Shown here: positions 1 through 10,043 of the stretch, piece by piece
Layout of the letters: every line of letters starts with the position of its first letter
Numbering within the stretch: position 1 is the first letter of the stretch
Assembly: GCA_050250895.1 (NCBI GenBank)
Contig: JBFWNU010000001.1
Location: 32,001-96,000 of the forward strand
Direction: 5' to 3'
Origin: Vulcanimicrobiota bacterium
GTDB taxonomy: Bacteria; Vulcanimicrobiota; Xenobia; Xenobiales; JADMJV01
Length of the DNA: 64,000 nt
The notes under the pieces: generated by a model
Databases searched by the model: none
What the model saw: only the letters and a program-made list of their open reading frames with translations
Told to the model about the DNA's origin: nothing
Made by a program: the position numbers and the translations under genes

Positions 1-480
1 CGTCAGCGGCAGGTCGCCTCCCAGGCGAACCTCAAGGCAATCGCGCGAGAAGCGATAGTGCTCGGGCGCTCCGTCGACATGCGGCAGGGCCATCTCGGTG
101 TGGCTTTTGATGTGCTGAATCGGCAAGCGGGTCAGAACGGCCACATCGATGCCGCGCCCATGGTCGTTCCCCTCCACCAGAATCGCGCGATAGCCGGGCA
201 GACGGCGAGCCAGGCGCTCGGCCAGCGTAACGTGCTCGATCTCTTGCAGGCCCACGAAGTCGGGCTCGATCTGGCCGATTACTCGGGCCAACCGGTTCAG
301 CTTGGTCCTGACCTCGGCCGGCGTGAAGACATCATCGTTATAGGTGTCGTCAATCTCGTCAAAGAGGTTGTGGACATTCCAGGTAGCCAACCGAATCCCC
401 CGCCCGGCACGGGGTCCCTCCTCGGGCTGCGGCACCGAGGCGCAACCGACCAAAATCAAGCTCAGCCATAACCATCGCAT
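1..480 (-). CDS. Endonuclease/exonuclease/phosphatase (EEP) family lipoprotein, 5' part only (runs off left edge)
   Basis: Manual minus-strand translation from ATG at 480: MRWLWLSLILVGC (lipobox) ... IRLATWNVHNLF ... PDFVGLQEIE ... GNDHGRGIDVAVLTR ... FSRD, typical EEP motifs; not in ORF track because the stop is outside the window. Confidence 0.8.
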   Translation of the reverse strand, partial: MRWLWLSLILVGCASVPQPEEGPRAGRGIRLATWNVHNLFDEIDDTYNDDVFTPAEVRTKLNRLARVIGQIEPDFVGLQEIEHVTLAERLARRLPGYRAILVEGNDHGRGIDVAVLTRLPIQHIKSHTEMALPHVDGAPEHYRFSRDCLEVRLGGDLPLT

Positions 481-545
481 ATCACCAGTCTAGCCGGTCG
501 ATAGCGAACGAAGGATTGCGCTCGGCTTAACTTGTCGAGCGTCGG

Positions 546-609
546 TTGACGGACGATCCCAGGCGTGCTAGCCTAAAGGCAGAAGGTGGATTTTTTCACA
601 GAAGGTGGA
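546..609 (+). promoter_or_regulatory. Putative sigma70 promoter and direct-repeat operator of vapBC
   Basis: TTGACG(546-551)-17 nt-TAGCCT(569-574) with upstream TG; 11-bp direct repeat CAGAAGGTGGA at 580-590 and 599-609. Confidence 0.5.
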
Positions 610-610
610 C

Positions 611-874
611 ATGGCGCTCAATATCAAAAACAGTCGAACCGAGGAATTAGCGCGGCAGGTGGCTCTCGAAACCGGAGAAAATCTAACCACAGCAGTAACC
701 GTTGCGCTCGAGGAAAGGCTGGAAAGGCTCCGTGGCAGGCGGCGAACCCCCGACCTGCGTCAGGTCCTTAACGAGATCTCCCAGCGTTGCGCAGCCCTAC
801 CAGACTTGGACGCTCGCTCTACGGACGAGATTCTCGGCTACGATGACGTGGGAGGCTTCGACGATGATTATTGA
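611..874 (+). CDS. vapB: VapB antitoxin (Rv0623/VapB30-like)
   Basis: MALNIKNSRTEELARQVALETGENLTTAVTVALEERL...DEILGYDD; overlaps a downstream PIN toxin. Confidence 0.85.
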   Translation: MALNIKNSRTEELARQVALETGENLTTAVTVALEERLERLRGRRRTPDLRQVLNEISQRCAALPDLDARSTDEILGYDDVGGFDDDY

Positions 875-1253
875 TGCCTCAGCGCTGGTGGCAATCTTGC
901 TTGGCGAACCCGAGGCCGCCATCTTTATTCAGGCTATCGCGACAGCGGGCAAGCGCCTGGTTGCAGCAGTTTCGGTTCTCGAGACCGCTATCGTGGTGGA
1001 GACCAAGAAAGGCCCCGCTGGCGGACGTGAACTCGACTTGTTCCTTCACGCCGCTCAAATCGACGTAGCGGCCATGACCTATGAGCAGACGGAGTTGGCC
1101 AGATGGGCGTATCGGCAGTTTGGAGAAGGACGACACCCGGCTCGCCTGAACCTGGGTGACTGCTGTTCTTATGCGCTGTCAAAGCACTCTGGGGAGCCCT
1201 TGCTGTACAAGGGCAAAGACTTTACGCTGACCGATGTCGACTCGGCGCTGTAG
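864..1253 (+). CDS. vapC: VapC PIN-domain toxin
   Basis: MIIDASALVAILLGEPE...LNLGDCCSYALSK...PLLYKGKDF; ATG at 864 overlaps vapB end. Confidence 0.9.
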   Translation: MIIDASALVAILLGEPEAAIFIQAIATAGKRLVAAVSVLETAIVVETKKGPAGGRELDLFLHAAQIDVAAMTYEQTELARWAYRQFGEGRHPARLNLGDCCSYALSKHSGEPLLYKGKDFTLTDVDSAL

Positions 1254-1255
1254 AC

Positions 1256-2090
1256 GGCCACGATCTCGTCCCAGAACCGCCACCAACCCATAAAAACGCC
1301 ACCCGCTCCTCCGTGGCCCCCCCGCGGACCTCCGCGGCTTCCACCAGGTCGAGCACCCTTCAAAATGCACGGCCCCCACCCATTGCTACTATTACTATTC
1401 TAACGTGGGGTCCCCACCAAGCCTGAACCAGGCTGGTCCCGGTCAGCCGACCACGGTCTCGTCCAAAGCCCTCAACTTCTTAAATCCGTCCCAGAACCGC
1501 CACCAACCCATAAAAACGCCACCCGTGCCGGCAACCGCCCCCTCCTCCGTACCCCCCCGCGGACCTCCGCGGTTTCCACCAGGTCGAGCGCCCTTCAAAA
1601 TGCACGGCCCATTGCTACTATTACTATTCTAACGTGGGGTCCCCACCAAGCCTGAACCAGGCTGGTCCCGGTCAGCCGACCACGGTCTCGTCCAAAGCCC
1701 TCAACTTCTTAAATCCGTCCCAGAACCGCACCAACCCATAAAAACGCCACCCGCGCCGCAACGCCCACTCCTCCGTGGCCCCCGCGGACCTCCGCGGTTT
1801 CCACCAGGTCGAGCGCCCTTCAAAATCCGCCCCCCCCACCCATTGCTACTATTACTATTCTAACGTGGGGTCCCCACCAAGCCTGAACCAGGCTGGTCCC
1901 GGTCAGCCGACCACGGTCTCGTCCAAGGCCCTCAACTTCTTAAATCCGTCCCAGAACCGCCACCAACCCATAACCACGCCACCCGCGCCGCAACGCCCAC
2001 TCCTCCGTGGCCCCCCGCGGACCTCCGCGGTTTCCCCAAAGTCGAGCGCCTTCTGCCCCTCGGCGCCTCTGCGCCTTTGCGGTTTCCACA
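1256..2090. repeat. Tandem ~230-bp repeat, three full copies plus a partial leading copy
   Basis: CATTGCTACTATTACTATTCTAACGTGGGGTCCCCACCAAGCCTGAACCAGGCT... starts at 1381, 1610 and 1841; partial copy at about 1256-1380. Confidence 0.95.
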
Positions 2091-2101
2091 ACCAAAGCCG
2101 A

Positions 2102-2710
2102 CTAAAACTCCGAGAATTGACCCCGAGACTTCTTCTCGACATGAGAGATGGCCATGCCGGCCAGGGCGCCGAAAGTGCTCCACCACCAGAAGAAGCGAAA
2201 CAGGTCAAAGTGGATTAGGCCCATCACCGCCCCGAAGAAGCCGCCGATGCGAGCCGAATCGGATTGATAGCAGAGGCTGTTGGTGGCCCCGAGGATGGCG
2301 CCCAAAATCAGGCCGTAGACCAGGTTCCAGCCTAGAAAATAGCCGAAGGCCGTGGCCGTGATCGCGCCCACCTGGCTGGCCGATTCGGCATAGGCTCCCC
2401 ACAGCATGCTGGCAAAGAAAGTGTGATAGATGGCCGAGGGGATGCCCCAGCACAAGGAAGCGATCAGGCCGGCCTTGATGCCCTGGCCGAGGTTCGAGTC
2501 GCGGTCTTTGTTGATGGGTTTGGGGGCCGGCGGCCCCGAGGGGGCCATCACGGCGCCGTTGACCACCCCGGCGGCCATCGAAGGGTGGGCGGCCACGGCC
2601 ACCTCGTCAAAGGTCTGTTCGCAACTGTAGCAGGTAGGATCGGTGGCTCGATTGGAGGAGCCGCAGTGGGGACAATTTCGGTAGGCCAAGACAACTTCTC
2701 TTTTCTGCAA
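2102..2710 (-). CDS. Zinc-ribbon membrane protein of unknown function (start uncertain)
   Basis: N-terminal CPHC...CYSC, Ala/Pro linker, then about four Gly-rich hydrophobic helices. Confidence 0.75.
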   Translation of the reverse strand: MQKREVVLAYRNCPHCGSSNRATDPTCYSCEQTFDEVAVAAHPSMAAGVVNGAVMAPSGPPAPKPINKDRDSNLGQGIKAGLIASLCWGIPSAIYHTFFASMLWGAYAESASQVGAITATAFGYFLGWNLVYGLILGAILGATNSLCYQSDSARIGGFFGAVMGLIHFDLFRFFWWWSTFGALAGMAISHVEKKSRGQFSEF

Positions 2711-2801
2711 AATGAGCTGGAATGATATTTCCCCGGAAGAAATGTCGACTCCTTTCGCGTTCGCGAGGTTTCACCCGGGCTTGTGGATAACTCCTAAGCC
2801 T

Positions 2802-5800
2802 ATGGATCTAGCCCAATTCTCGGGCCTCACTCTCGAGCGACAACTGGCCTACCTTGACGAGGCCCTGGCCGAGGGGCAACGGGGCCAACTGCTAGAGATG
2901 GCGGCGGCCCTGCGGGATGGCGCGCCGATCAGCTGGCTGGTGGGTCGACTGCGCCAGCTGGGGTGGTTTGGCCAGCCGGCCAACCAGCAGTCTTTCGGCC
3001 ATTTCCTGACGGGTCTTGAGGACACCGCCATCCAGGCCAGCCTCAAAGGGGCGGCCGGCGACCCGGGCGTGGCCGCGGCCGTGTTCGAAGCCCTGCGCTC
3101 CATCGAGCTGGCCAAGCTCTCGGCCATGTGCTTGCTAGACCGCTTTCTCAAGCACAACGACCCCGACCGGCGCGACCGATACCTGGGGCAGTTGGTCGAG
3201 GAGTGCTGCAACTTGCTCGAGGGCGGCCAGTGCCCAAGCCTAGAACAACTGGTGCGCCTGCCGGCCCGGGCGCTGCACCGGCTGCAACAGGCGGCCCAGC
3301 AGGGCGGGGTGACGGACCGGTTTGAACAAGCCCGGCAACAGCTGGCTCGCCAGGTCATCAGCATTCTCGAAGCCGCCCCTAAGGGCGTCTCGCAGTCCAA
3401 CGCCGAAGAGCTGCTGTCGCGCCGGGTCTACACCGACCCCGGGCACTTTCTCATCGAGCTGCTGCAGAACGCCGACGATGCCGAGGCCCGCACCTTCCGG
3501 GTCGAGTTCTCGACCCAGCACGTGCTGGTCTGGCACGACGGCCTGCCCTTTGACGCCCGCGACCTGGTCGGGGTGACCTCGATTGGCCAGACCACCAAGC
3601 GCAAGCAGCAGATCGGCTTCTTCGGAGTCGGCTTCAAGTCGGTCTACGAGGTGACCGACCGGCCCCGCATCTATTCCGATGTCTATCAGTTTGAAATCGC
3701 CGACGTGTCCATTCCTCGCTACCTGCACCAGCGACCCGAGTGGCTGCCGGCCGAAGGCACCGCTCTCATCTTGCCGTTACGGGCCCCTGACGATCCCGAC
3801 CGCTCACCGGAAGGGCTGTTCCAGCGGGCCCGCCGCCTCGACCCCTGCGTGCTGTTGACGCTCCGAGAGCTGCGTTGTATCGAGTTTCGGCTGGCTGACG
3901 AGAGCTATCGCCTGGAGCGTTTTGATCAGGGCGAACTGAGCGCCATCCAGGTCGGGTCGACCCGCCGGGTCTTTGCCCTGGAACGACGCCGTTATAGCTA
4001 CCAGGGCGCCCGCGAGCAGAATCGGCCCGACAACACCGAGGTGTGCGTGGGCCTCTTGCTGAGCGAGCCCGGCCGGCCGCTGGCCTTTCCGCCCAAAGCG
4101 GCCACCGTCTACAGCTATCTACCCACCGACGAACATACCGGGCTGAAGTTCTTCATCCAGGGCCATTTCGATGTCCCTGTCGACCGTGAGCGCATTTCGC
4201 ACGAGTCTGACTGGAACCGCTGGATCCTGGCCCAGGTGCCCGAGCTGGTCGAGGCCCTGGCCCGGCGCTTCGGAGCCGGCATCCTCGAGGTGTTGCCTCT
4301 GGCTGAAGAGATGCTTTCGCCGCTATTCTCCGGTCTGCCCGAGGCCATTTATGCCCGTCTGCAAGAGGTCGAGTTGCTGCCCGGGCACGACGGCCAGCTG
4401 CACCCGCCCCGGCGGGTGGTGCTGGCCCGGCCAGAAGTGGTCTCGCTTTTCGCCGACCACTCGCAGCGTTACTGTTTTCTCTCGCCCGAGGTGGGCGAAC
4501 GCCCGCGCAAACTGGCTCAGGCCCTGGGTTGCCGCGAGTTTGGGGTGGAAGAGTTGGTGTCCGACCTGGAACAGGGTCTGCTACCGCCAGCGGTGGACTG
4601 GCCTCACTTCTACGATCTGTTGCTCGAGGAGCTCGAGCGCCTCGAGCGCCAGCAAAGCGGCCTGGACGAGTGGGTAACCCGACTGCAGGCCTGCCTGCTG
4701 GTGCCCGATCGTGACCAGCAGTTGCGCCCCCTGAATCAGGTGGCCCGAGCCGAGGGGCACCTGGCTGAGCTGTATGCCGGACTCGTGCCGCTGGTCTGGC
4801 CAGAACTGGTGGGCCGTCCGCGGGTCGAGACCCTGTTTGACCGGCTGGGGATGCGGCGTCTGGACGGGGAACGCCTGCTCGACGACCTGGCCCGCGACGT
4901 GACCCCCTTTCTGGCCCGTTTCGAGGCGCTCTATGCCTATCTCACCGAGGCTCCCTGGACGGTCACCGAAAGGGCCTGCCTGCTGCCCATCTTCCCCGCG
5001 GCCGGCGGCGGATTTGGCCGGCTGGCTCGCAACCCCGACGATGTGGAAGGCCTGTTTCGGGCCGACCCTCCCGAGGTGGTCGAGCTGCTCGAGGCACGCC
5101 GCTATCTGGCTCACCATTTTGCCGACCATCCCGTCCTCGAGACCATCCGGGTCGAGTCCACCGGCCTCAGCGAGGTGCTACTGGCCATGGCGCGGGGCCA
5201 CTGGCAGCCCGACGACGGCCAGAAAACCAAGCTGCTCGAGTTGCTCTTGTCCCACGGCCAGAGGCTGACAGCGGCCAATCTGGGGCTGCTGTTCGAGCTG
5301 CCGCTCTTCGCCAATCAGGCCGGAGCCTTCTGCCGACTGTCCGGCCTCTACCGTCCGGCCTCGCCGGCCCTGGTCGAGCTGCTCGGGCCCCAGTTCTTTC
5401 TTGACGCCGAGGCCCTTTCAGGCCAGGTGGCCGCCCGCCTCAACCTCTTGCCCTATCTAGAGCAGGCCACTCCCGAGTTGCTGGTGGCCTGGCTGGCCGA
5501 AAGGAAGTTGCCGCCCACCCAGACCCTGGCCTATCTGGCCAGCCAGGTCCAGAGCCTCAACCAGGATGTGCTCGAGCGCCTTTTGAGCCTGCCCCTGTTC
5601 GACGGGCTGCCGCTGGGCCGCCGGCCCCAGGCTGGCGTCTTGTGCCGCTGCCAGCCCGGTTTCGAGCAAGTCTTTGCGTGCCTGGGCGTCAACGTGCTTG
5701 AACCTGAGCAATCGCAACTGGTGGCGCCGCTGCTCGAGGCGGCCGGCTGGACCCCTCTGGGCCTCGAAGAGCTGGTCTCGACCCTGGCCGACCGCCAGCC

Positions 5801-8800
5801 CCAGCTCGAGCAGTTAGAAGTGGTGCAATCGGCCCTGCTGGCTCATCGACAGGCCTTGCTCGAGCGCTTTTCCACCTCGCTGCTGGGCAGCCTGGCCGTA
5901 TGGCGAAACGCAGCCGACCAGGTGGTGTCGGCGAGCCGACTGGTCGATGATCCCGAGCTGCTCGAGCTGTTGCCCGATCCAGGCGCCACTCCCGTCGAAC
6001 AGCTTTTACTGCCGGCGCTAGACGACTATCAGACCTGCAAGCCCCAGGTCTATCTCAACGACTGGCTGCGCCGCAAGGCCCGCCTGGGTCAGCCCCTAGA
6101 AGCCCAGCCCGTGCCCCTCAACGAGCTCGAAGGGGTGATGGCCGTGGCCCGCCGTCTGCCCGAGGGGCAGTTGCTGGTGGTCACTGCCGACCAGCGGCTG
6201 GGCGACCAGTTGTTGCCCATGGCCGCACCGACCACCATCGCACTTTTACCCGACCAGGATTTTCTTCATCCCGACTGGCCCCCCGAACTCGCTCCGGGAG
6301 CGCGCCGCTTGCCGGCCTACGCCGTGCTGGCCAGGCTGATCGACCTGGAACAGCCAGAAGTGCGCCAGCGTTTCTACGGCTGGTTGCTCGAGTGCCAGGG
6401 CGAGATATTCACCGACCCCGAGGCCCGCCGCAGCCTGGCCGAAGACAAGCTGTTTCTCTCGTCAGGTGGACGCTGGCTGGCCGCCCAGGAGCTGGTGCTC
6501 GACCCCGACTTTCCCGATCTCGACATCGACTGGCTGCCTCACCCCGAGATCCCGGCCGAATGTCTCGAGCTGTTGCGGCGCCAACTCGACGTGGGCAGCC
6601 CCGACCCTGAAGAGGTGTTGCAGGCCCACCTGCTGCCCGCCTATCACGCTCGCCTCAAGCAAGGCCGCGAAGGGCCGCTGCTCGACTATATCATCAAGCT
6701 GACCACCCGGCTGCCGGCCCGCCTGCTGCGCGCGCTCGTGGGCTCTTTGCCGGTGCGCGACATCAGCGGGCTGGTCCAGCCCTTCGAGGCGCTGGTTCTG
6801 CCGCCAGCCCACTGCCCGCCGCTGGTCACTATCCCGTGCCCGGATGGCTATCAAGAACGCCGCGAATTCTTCGAAAAACTGGGCATGGCCCGGGTGCCCA
6901 GCCGCCATCACCTGGAGGCCGCCTTGCGAGTGACGGGGCTGGCCGACTGCGCGGCCCTGGTCACAAGTCTGGCTGCCTGGCTGCGCGAGCACGACCTATC
7001 CGAGCTGCGAACGCTGGCCCGAGACACGGCCTGGCTCTTCGATGGCCAGGCTAAAAAGCGTTATCCCACCGAGCTGTTGAGCCCCCACCCCGAAGTCGAG
7101 GCCCTGGCCGGCACCTTCCCCGAACTGTATCCCCATCCCGACCTGTCGGCCTTGCTCGACGCGCGCCTGCTCGAGTGGCTGGGGCTGCGCACGGCCAAAG
7201 ACCTCGATTTTCCTGATGTGGTGCGCAATCTGCTGGAGCGGGTCAAGGCTGGTCAGGCGGTCGGCCAGCATCTCTATCGCTTTCTCGAAGAGGGTCTGAC
7301 CCGCGGCTCGATCGACCCCGACCAGTTGCACCGAGCCCTGGCCGACCAGGCCTTCATTTACTGCGACGACGGCCGCTATCGCCGTCCCGATCAGGTCTTT
7401 GCGGTCCCGGTCTTTCGCTGGTTTGGCGACCGGCGCGGGTGTTGGGAGTCGGCCCGCGACTTTCCCCGCCTTTGCCAGCTCTTCTCCATCTCCGACCGCC
7501 TCGAGCCCTCGGCCATCCTCTCGTTTCTCGAAGAGATCGCCCGCGCCCCCGCGGCTTCGCTCGAAGAAGAACCAGCTCTGCCCCGCATGCTGCGAGCCTG
7601 TTACGCCGAACTGGTGGCCACCGGGTCGACGGTGCCCACCGCCTGGCCGGTCATCCTGGCCCGCGGCCCGCGCCTGGTGGCCAGCCACCGTCCGGGCCTG
7701 GTGCGCAGCGATACGCCGACGCTCGAGGCGCTTTTCGCCGAGGTCGGCGAGCTGTTGGTGGCCGAACCCGGCGGTCCGCAAGACGCGGTGGCCCTCGACA
7801 TCTTCTATGCTCGCCAGGGCATTCGCCGCCTGCGCGATGCCTATCGGGTCAGCGTCGACGGCCGTTCGGGCCGGGACGTGACCGAGCAGGCCGCGGCCGA
7901 ATTACTGGCCGTGCGCTCGCTCTTGCGGGCCCTGCTCGAGGTGGCTCCTCGCGTCAGGCTGCAACGGAGCGGCCTGGAAAATGGCGGCTGGCTCTACAAA
8001 GAGCGTCTCGGCGGTCTGGCGGGCACGGCCACGATTCGCCTCATCGACGGCCTCCAGGTGGTTTATCAACTCGACGGAGTGGGCTCGGTGTCGCGCCGGG
8101 CGGCGGCCGCCTATGACCCGGGTAAACCTGCTCTGCTGCTGGATCTGGCCAGCGCGCGCGAGCCGGGCCAGGCGGCCGTGGGCCTGGCCGAAGCCCTGGT
8201 GAGTTGCCTCTATGAGGGGCCGGGCCAGGAGCAGCTCGTCGACATCCTCGAGCTACTCATCCCGCTGGGTCGGGCCGAGGCCATGCACGCTTATCTCGAC
8301 CGCCGGCACTTTCCCGCCAGCGCCTCGGCGCGGCGTCCGGTGGATCTGCTGCTCGAGCGCCTGGGCGAGATTCTCGACTATCGCCTGCATGAGCGGCTGG
8401 CCCAGGTCTTTCCCCAACTGGCCGAGGCCGACTTCGGCCGTTGGCGAGGCGACGGCCTGGCCCCGCGCCTCGAGCCCCTGCTCGGCCAGCCGAGTTGGCC
8501 CCGCCAGGTGGCCACCCGCCTGCTCGACGAGCTGGGCCTCAAAGCGCCCGATGGCGAGTTGATTAGCGCCCTGGCCGAGATGCTGAGCCAGCCGCAGCTG
8601 TCCCTGCCCAGCCAGTTAGCGCCCAGCCAGCCGGCCCCGGCACCGGTGGCTCCCAGCCAGGAAGAACCCGAGATGGTGCCCGCCCCGGTGGCCGACGAGC
8701 CCGAACGACCGGCCTTTTGGGACCGCCTGCTCTCCTGGGTGCCGGCCGCTCGCCAGCCGGAAGAAGCCGGCCCCATCCAATTCCCCGACAACAGCCTGGT

Positions 8801-10043
8801 CCCGATGCCGGGGGTCTTGCCCCAACTGGGTCTACGCCCCGAGCATATGCGGCAAATGCTAGAAAACCCTCCCGAAACCCGTCTGACCCATCACCCGGCG
8901 CGGCTGTCGAGCCCTCACATCTACGGCCTGCAGGGAGTAGGCGGAAGGTTCGATCCGGCCGACCAGACCTATCTGCCGGTGGCCTTGAAACTGGGCAAAG
9001 GCACCGGCGTGTCGACCCGCCCCCTCACCCTCCGGGGGCGGGTGCTGCCCGGTCTGAGCCTTTTGCCGGTGCCCCTCTATAGCCGAATGAAAGAGCGTCC
9101 CCGCGTCTTTGGCCGAGCCGGCAGCGTGCGCATCAGCGGCCCCGACCCGCTGGGCCAGTGGTATCTCGAAGTGAAGGGCGAGCAATCGGTGGGAGTCCGC
9201 TACGAAGTCGAGCTGACCGAGATTCCGCTGCTCGAGGGCCGAGGCCTTCCCAGCCACGACCCTGCCCTGGTCGAGCCCACTATGCCTCTGGCCGAGCTGC
9301 CCCAGCGAGCCCAGCGCTGGATCGAACAAACCGGCCAGGCAGGTCTGGCCCCATGGCGGGCCGCCCAGCTGGCCTGCGAGTTCGTGCGCACTCACTATCT
9401 CTATGACGAAAGCTATTCGCTGCGACCCGAAGTAGAAAAAGCCCGCCGTCGCTTGCGCAGCGGGCAGGGCAACCACCATCTACAGCTTCTTCACGCTTCG
9501 GCCGACGAGGTACACCTGGGACGCGGCATCTGCTACGAGCTCAACCTGATGGTGGCCGAACTGTTGCGGCATCTCGAACTCCCTTCGCTGGTAGCCACCT
9601 GCTGGGTGTTCGACCAGGGAGCCCTGGATCGGGCCGACCATCTGGTCTGCCTGGCCCTGCTCGACTCGTCGAGCGGGCCCTGCCTGGTGCCGCTGGACGC
9701 CTGCGCCGACCGCCGCGGCCCGCGCCACATTCTGGGCCACGACCCCGAGCCTTCGCCCTGGGGAAGCGACCTCGCCTCGGAGCGCGAGCGCCTCGAGCAA
9801 GAGCTGGAAGTGCTGGCCCGGGTCTATCACCTGGTCTTCGACCGCCATCCCCCCTCCCCCGCCGCCGCTCGCGGCGAGCTCGCTCAGAAACTGGGCGAAA
9901 CGGCGCTAGGCCTCATGCTGGCAGCCGTGCGCGGCGACCTGAAAAAACTCGACCAGGTTCCGGAAGGCGTGGCGGACCTGGTCGTGCGGGGCTGGCTCAA
10001 AGTGCTCGAGCAGCCCGAATATTCGGTTGTGCCTAACGACTAG
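2802..10043 (+). CDS. Giant sacsin-like GHKL ATPase with C-terminal transglutaminase-like domain (ORF open from 2712; ATG 2802 preferred)
   Basis: ELLQNADDA, HDGLPF, SIGQTTK, IGFFGVGFKSVY, YSYLPT...FFIQGHF...RE...WNRWI (sacsin N-terminal module); C-terminal GRGICYELN...LRHLELPS...DHLVCL...VPLDAC. Confidence 0.85.
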   Translation: MDLAQFSGLTLERQLAYLDEALAEGQRGQLLEMAAALRDGAPISWLVGRLRQLGWFGQPANQQSFGHFLTGLEDTAIQASLKGAAGDPGVAAAVFEALRSIELAKLSAMCLLDRFLKHNDPDRRDRYLGQLVEECCNLLEGGQCPSLEQLVRLPARALHRLQQAAQQGGVTDRFEQARQQLARQVISILEAAPKGVSQSNAEELLSRRVYTDPGHFLIELLQNADDAEARTFRVEFSTQHVLVWHDGLPFDARDLVGVTSIGQTTKRKQQIGFFGVGFKSVYEVTDRPRIYSDVYQFEIADVSIPRYLHQRPEWLPAEGTALILPLRAPDDPDRSPEGLFQRARRLDPCVLLTLRELRCIEFRLADESYRLERFDQGELSAIQVGSTRRVFALERRRYSYQGAREQNRPDNTEVCVGLLLSEPGRPLAFPPKAATVYSYLPTDEHTGLKFFIQGHFDVPVDRERISHESDWNRWILAQVPELVEALARRFGAGILEVLPLAEEMLSPLFSGLPEAIYARLQEVELLPGHDGQLHPPRRVVLARPEVVSLFADHSQRYCFLSPEVGERPRKLAQALGCREFGVEELVSDLEQGLLPPAVDWPHFYDLLLEELERLERQQSGLDEWVTRLQACLLVPDRDQQLRPLNQVARAEGHLAELYAGLVPLVWPELVGRPRVETLFDRLGMRRLDGERLLDDLARDVTPFLARFEALYAYLTEAPWTVTERACLLPIFPAAGGGFGRLARNPDDVEGLFRADPPEVVELLEARRYLAHHFADHPVLETIRVESTGLSEVLLAMARGHWQPDDGQKTKLLELLLSHGQRLTAANLGLLFELPLFANQAGAFCRLSGLYRPASPALVELLGPQFFLDAEALSGQVAARLNLLPYLEQATPELLVAWLAERKLPPTQTLAYLASQVQSLNQDVLERLLSLPLFDGLPLGRRPQAGVLCRCQPGFEQVFACLGVNVLEPEQSQLVAPLLEAAGWTPLGLEELVSTLADRQPQLEQLEVVQSALLAHRQALLERFSTSLLGSLAVWRNAADQVVSASRLVDDPELLELLPDPGATPVEQLLLPALDDYQTCKPQVYLNDWLRRKARLGQPLEAQPVPLNELEGVMAVARRLPEGQLLVVTADQRLGDQLLPMAAPTTIALLPDQDFLHPDWPPELAPGARRLPAYAVLARLIDLEQPEVRQRFYGWLLECQGEIFTDPEARRSLAEDKLFLSSGGRWLAAQELVLDPDFPDLDIDWLPHPEIPAECLELLRRQLDVGSPDPEEVLQAHLLPAYHARLKQGREGPLLDYIIKLTTRLPARLLRALVGSLPVRDISGLVQPFEALVLPPAHCPPLVTIPCPDGYQERREFFEKLGMARVPSRHHLEAALRVTGLADCAALVTSLAAWLREHDLSELRTLARDTAWLFDGQAKKRYPTELLSPHPEVEALAGTFPELYPHPDLSALLDARLLEWLGLRTAKDLDFPDVVRNLLERVKAGQAVGQHLYRFLEEGLTRGSIDPDQLHRALADQAFIYCDDGRYRRPDQVFAVPVFRWFGDRRGCWESARDFPRLCQLFSISDRLEPSAILSFLEEIARAPAASLEEEPALPRMLRACYAELVATGSTVPTAWPVILARGPRLVASHRPGLVRSDTPTLEALFAEVGELLVAEPGGPQDAVALDIFYARQGIRRLRDAYRVSVDGRSGRDVTEQAAAELLAVRSLLRALLEVAPRVRLQRSGLENGGWLYKERLGGLAGTATIRLIDGLQVVYQLDGVGSVSRRAAAAYDPGKPALLLDLASAREPGQAAVGLAEALVSCLYEGPGQEQLVDILELLIPLGRAEAMHAYLDRRHFPASASARRPVDLLLERLGEILDYRLHERLAQVFPQLAEADFGRWRGDGLAPRLEPLLGQPSWPRQVATRLLDELGLKAPDGELISALAEMLSQPQLSLPSQLAPSQPAPAPVAPSQEEPEMVPAPVADEPERPAFWDRLLSWVPAARQPEEAGPIQFPDNSLVPMPGVLPQLGLRPEHMRQMLENPPETRLTHHPARLSSPHIYGLQGVGGRFDPADQTYLPVALKLGKGTGVSTRPLTLRGRVLPGLSLLPVPLYSRMKERPRVFGRAGSVRISGPDPLGQWYLEVKGEQSVGVRYEVELTEIPLLEGRGLPSHDPALVEPTMPLAELPQRAQRWIEQTGQAGLAPWRAAQLACEFVRTHYLYDESYSLRPEVEKARRRLRSGQGNHHLQLLHASADEVHLGRGICYELNLMVAELLRHLELPSLVATCWVFDQGALDRADHLVCLALLDSSSGPCLVPLDACADRRGPRHILGHDPEPSPWGSDLASERERLEQELEVLARVYHLVFDRHPPSPAAARGELAQKLGETALGLMLAAVRGDLKKLDQVPEGVADLVVRGWLKVLEQPEYSVVPND

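Noticed and set aside
1169-2218. Small ORFs within the 230-bp repeat as repeated peptides
   Set aside because: Indels between copies break frames; no SD or consistent start and stop
2782-2790. DnaA box TGTGGATAA as an origin signal
   Set aside because: Single box with no cluster, AT-rich unwinding region or dnaA nearby
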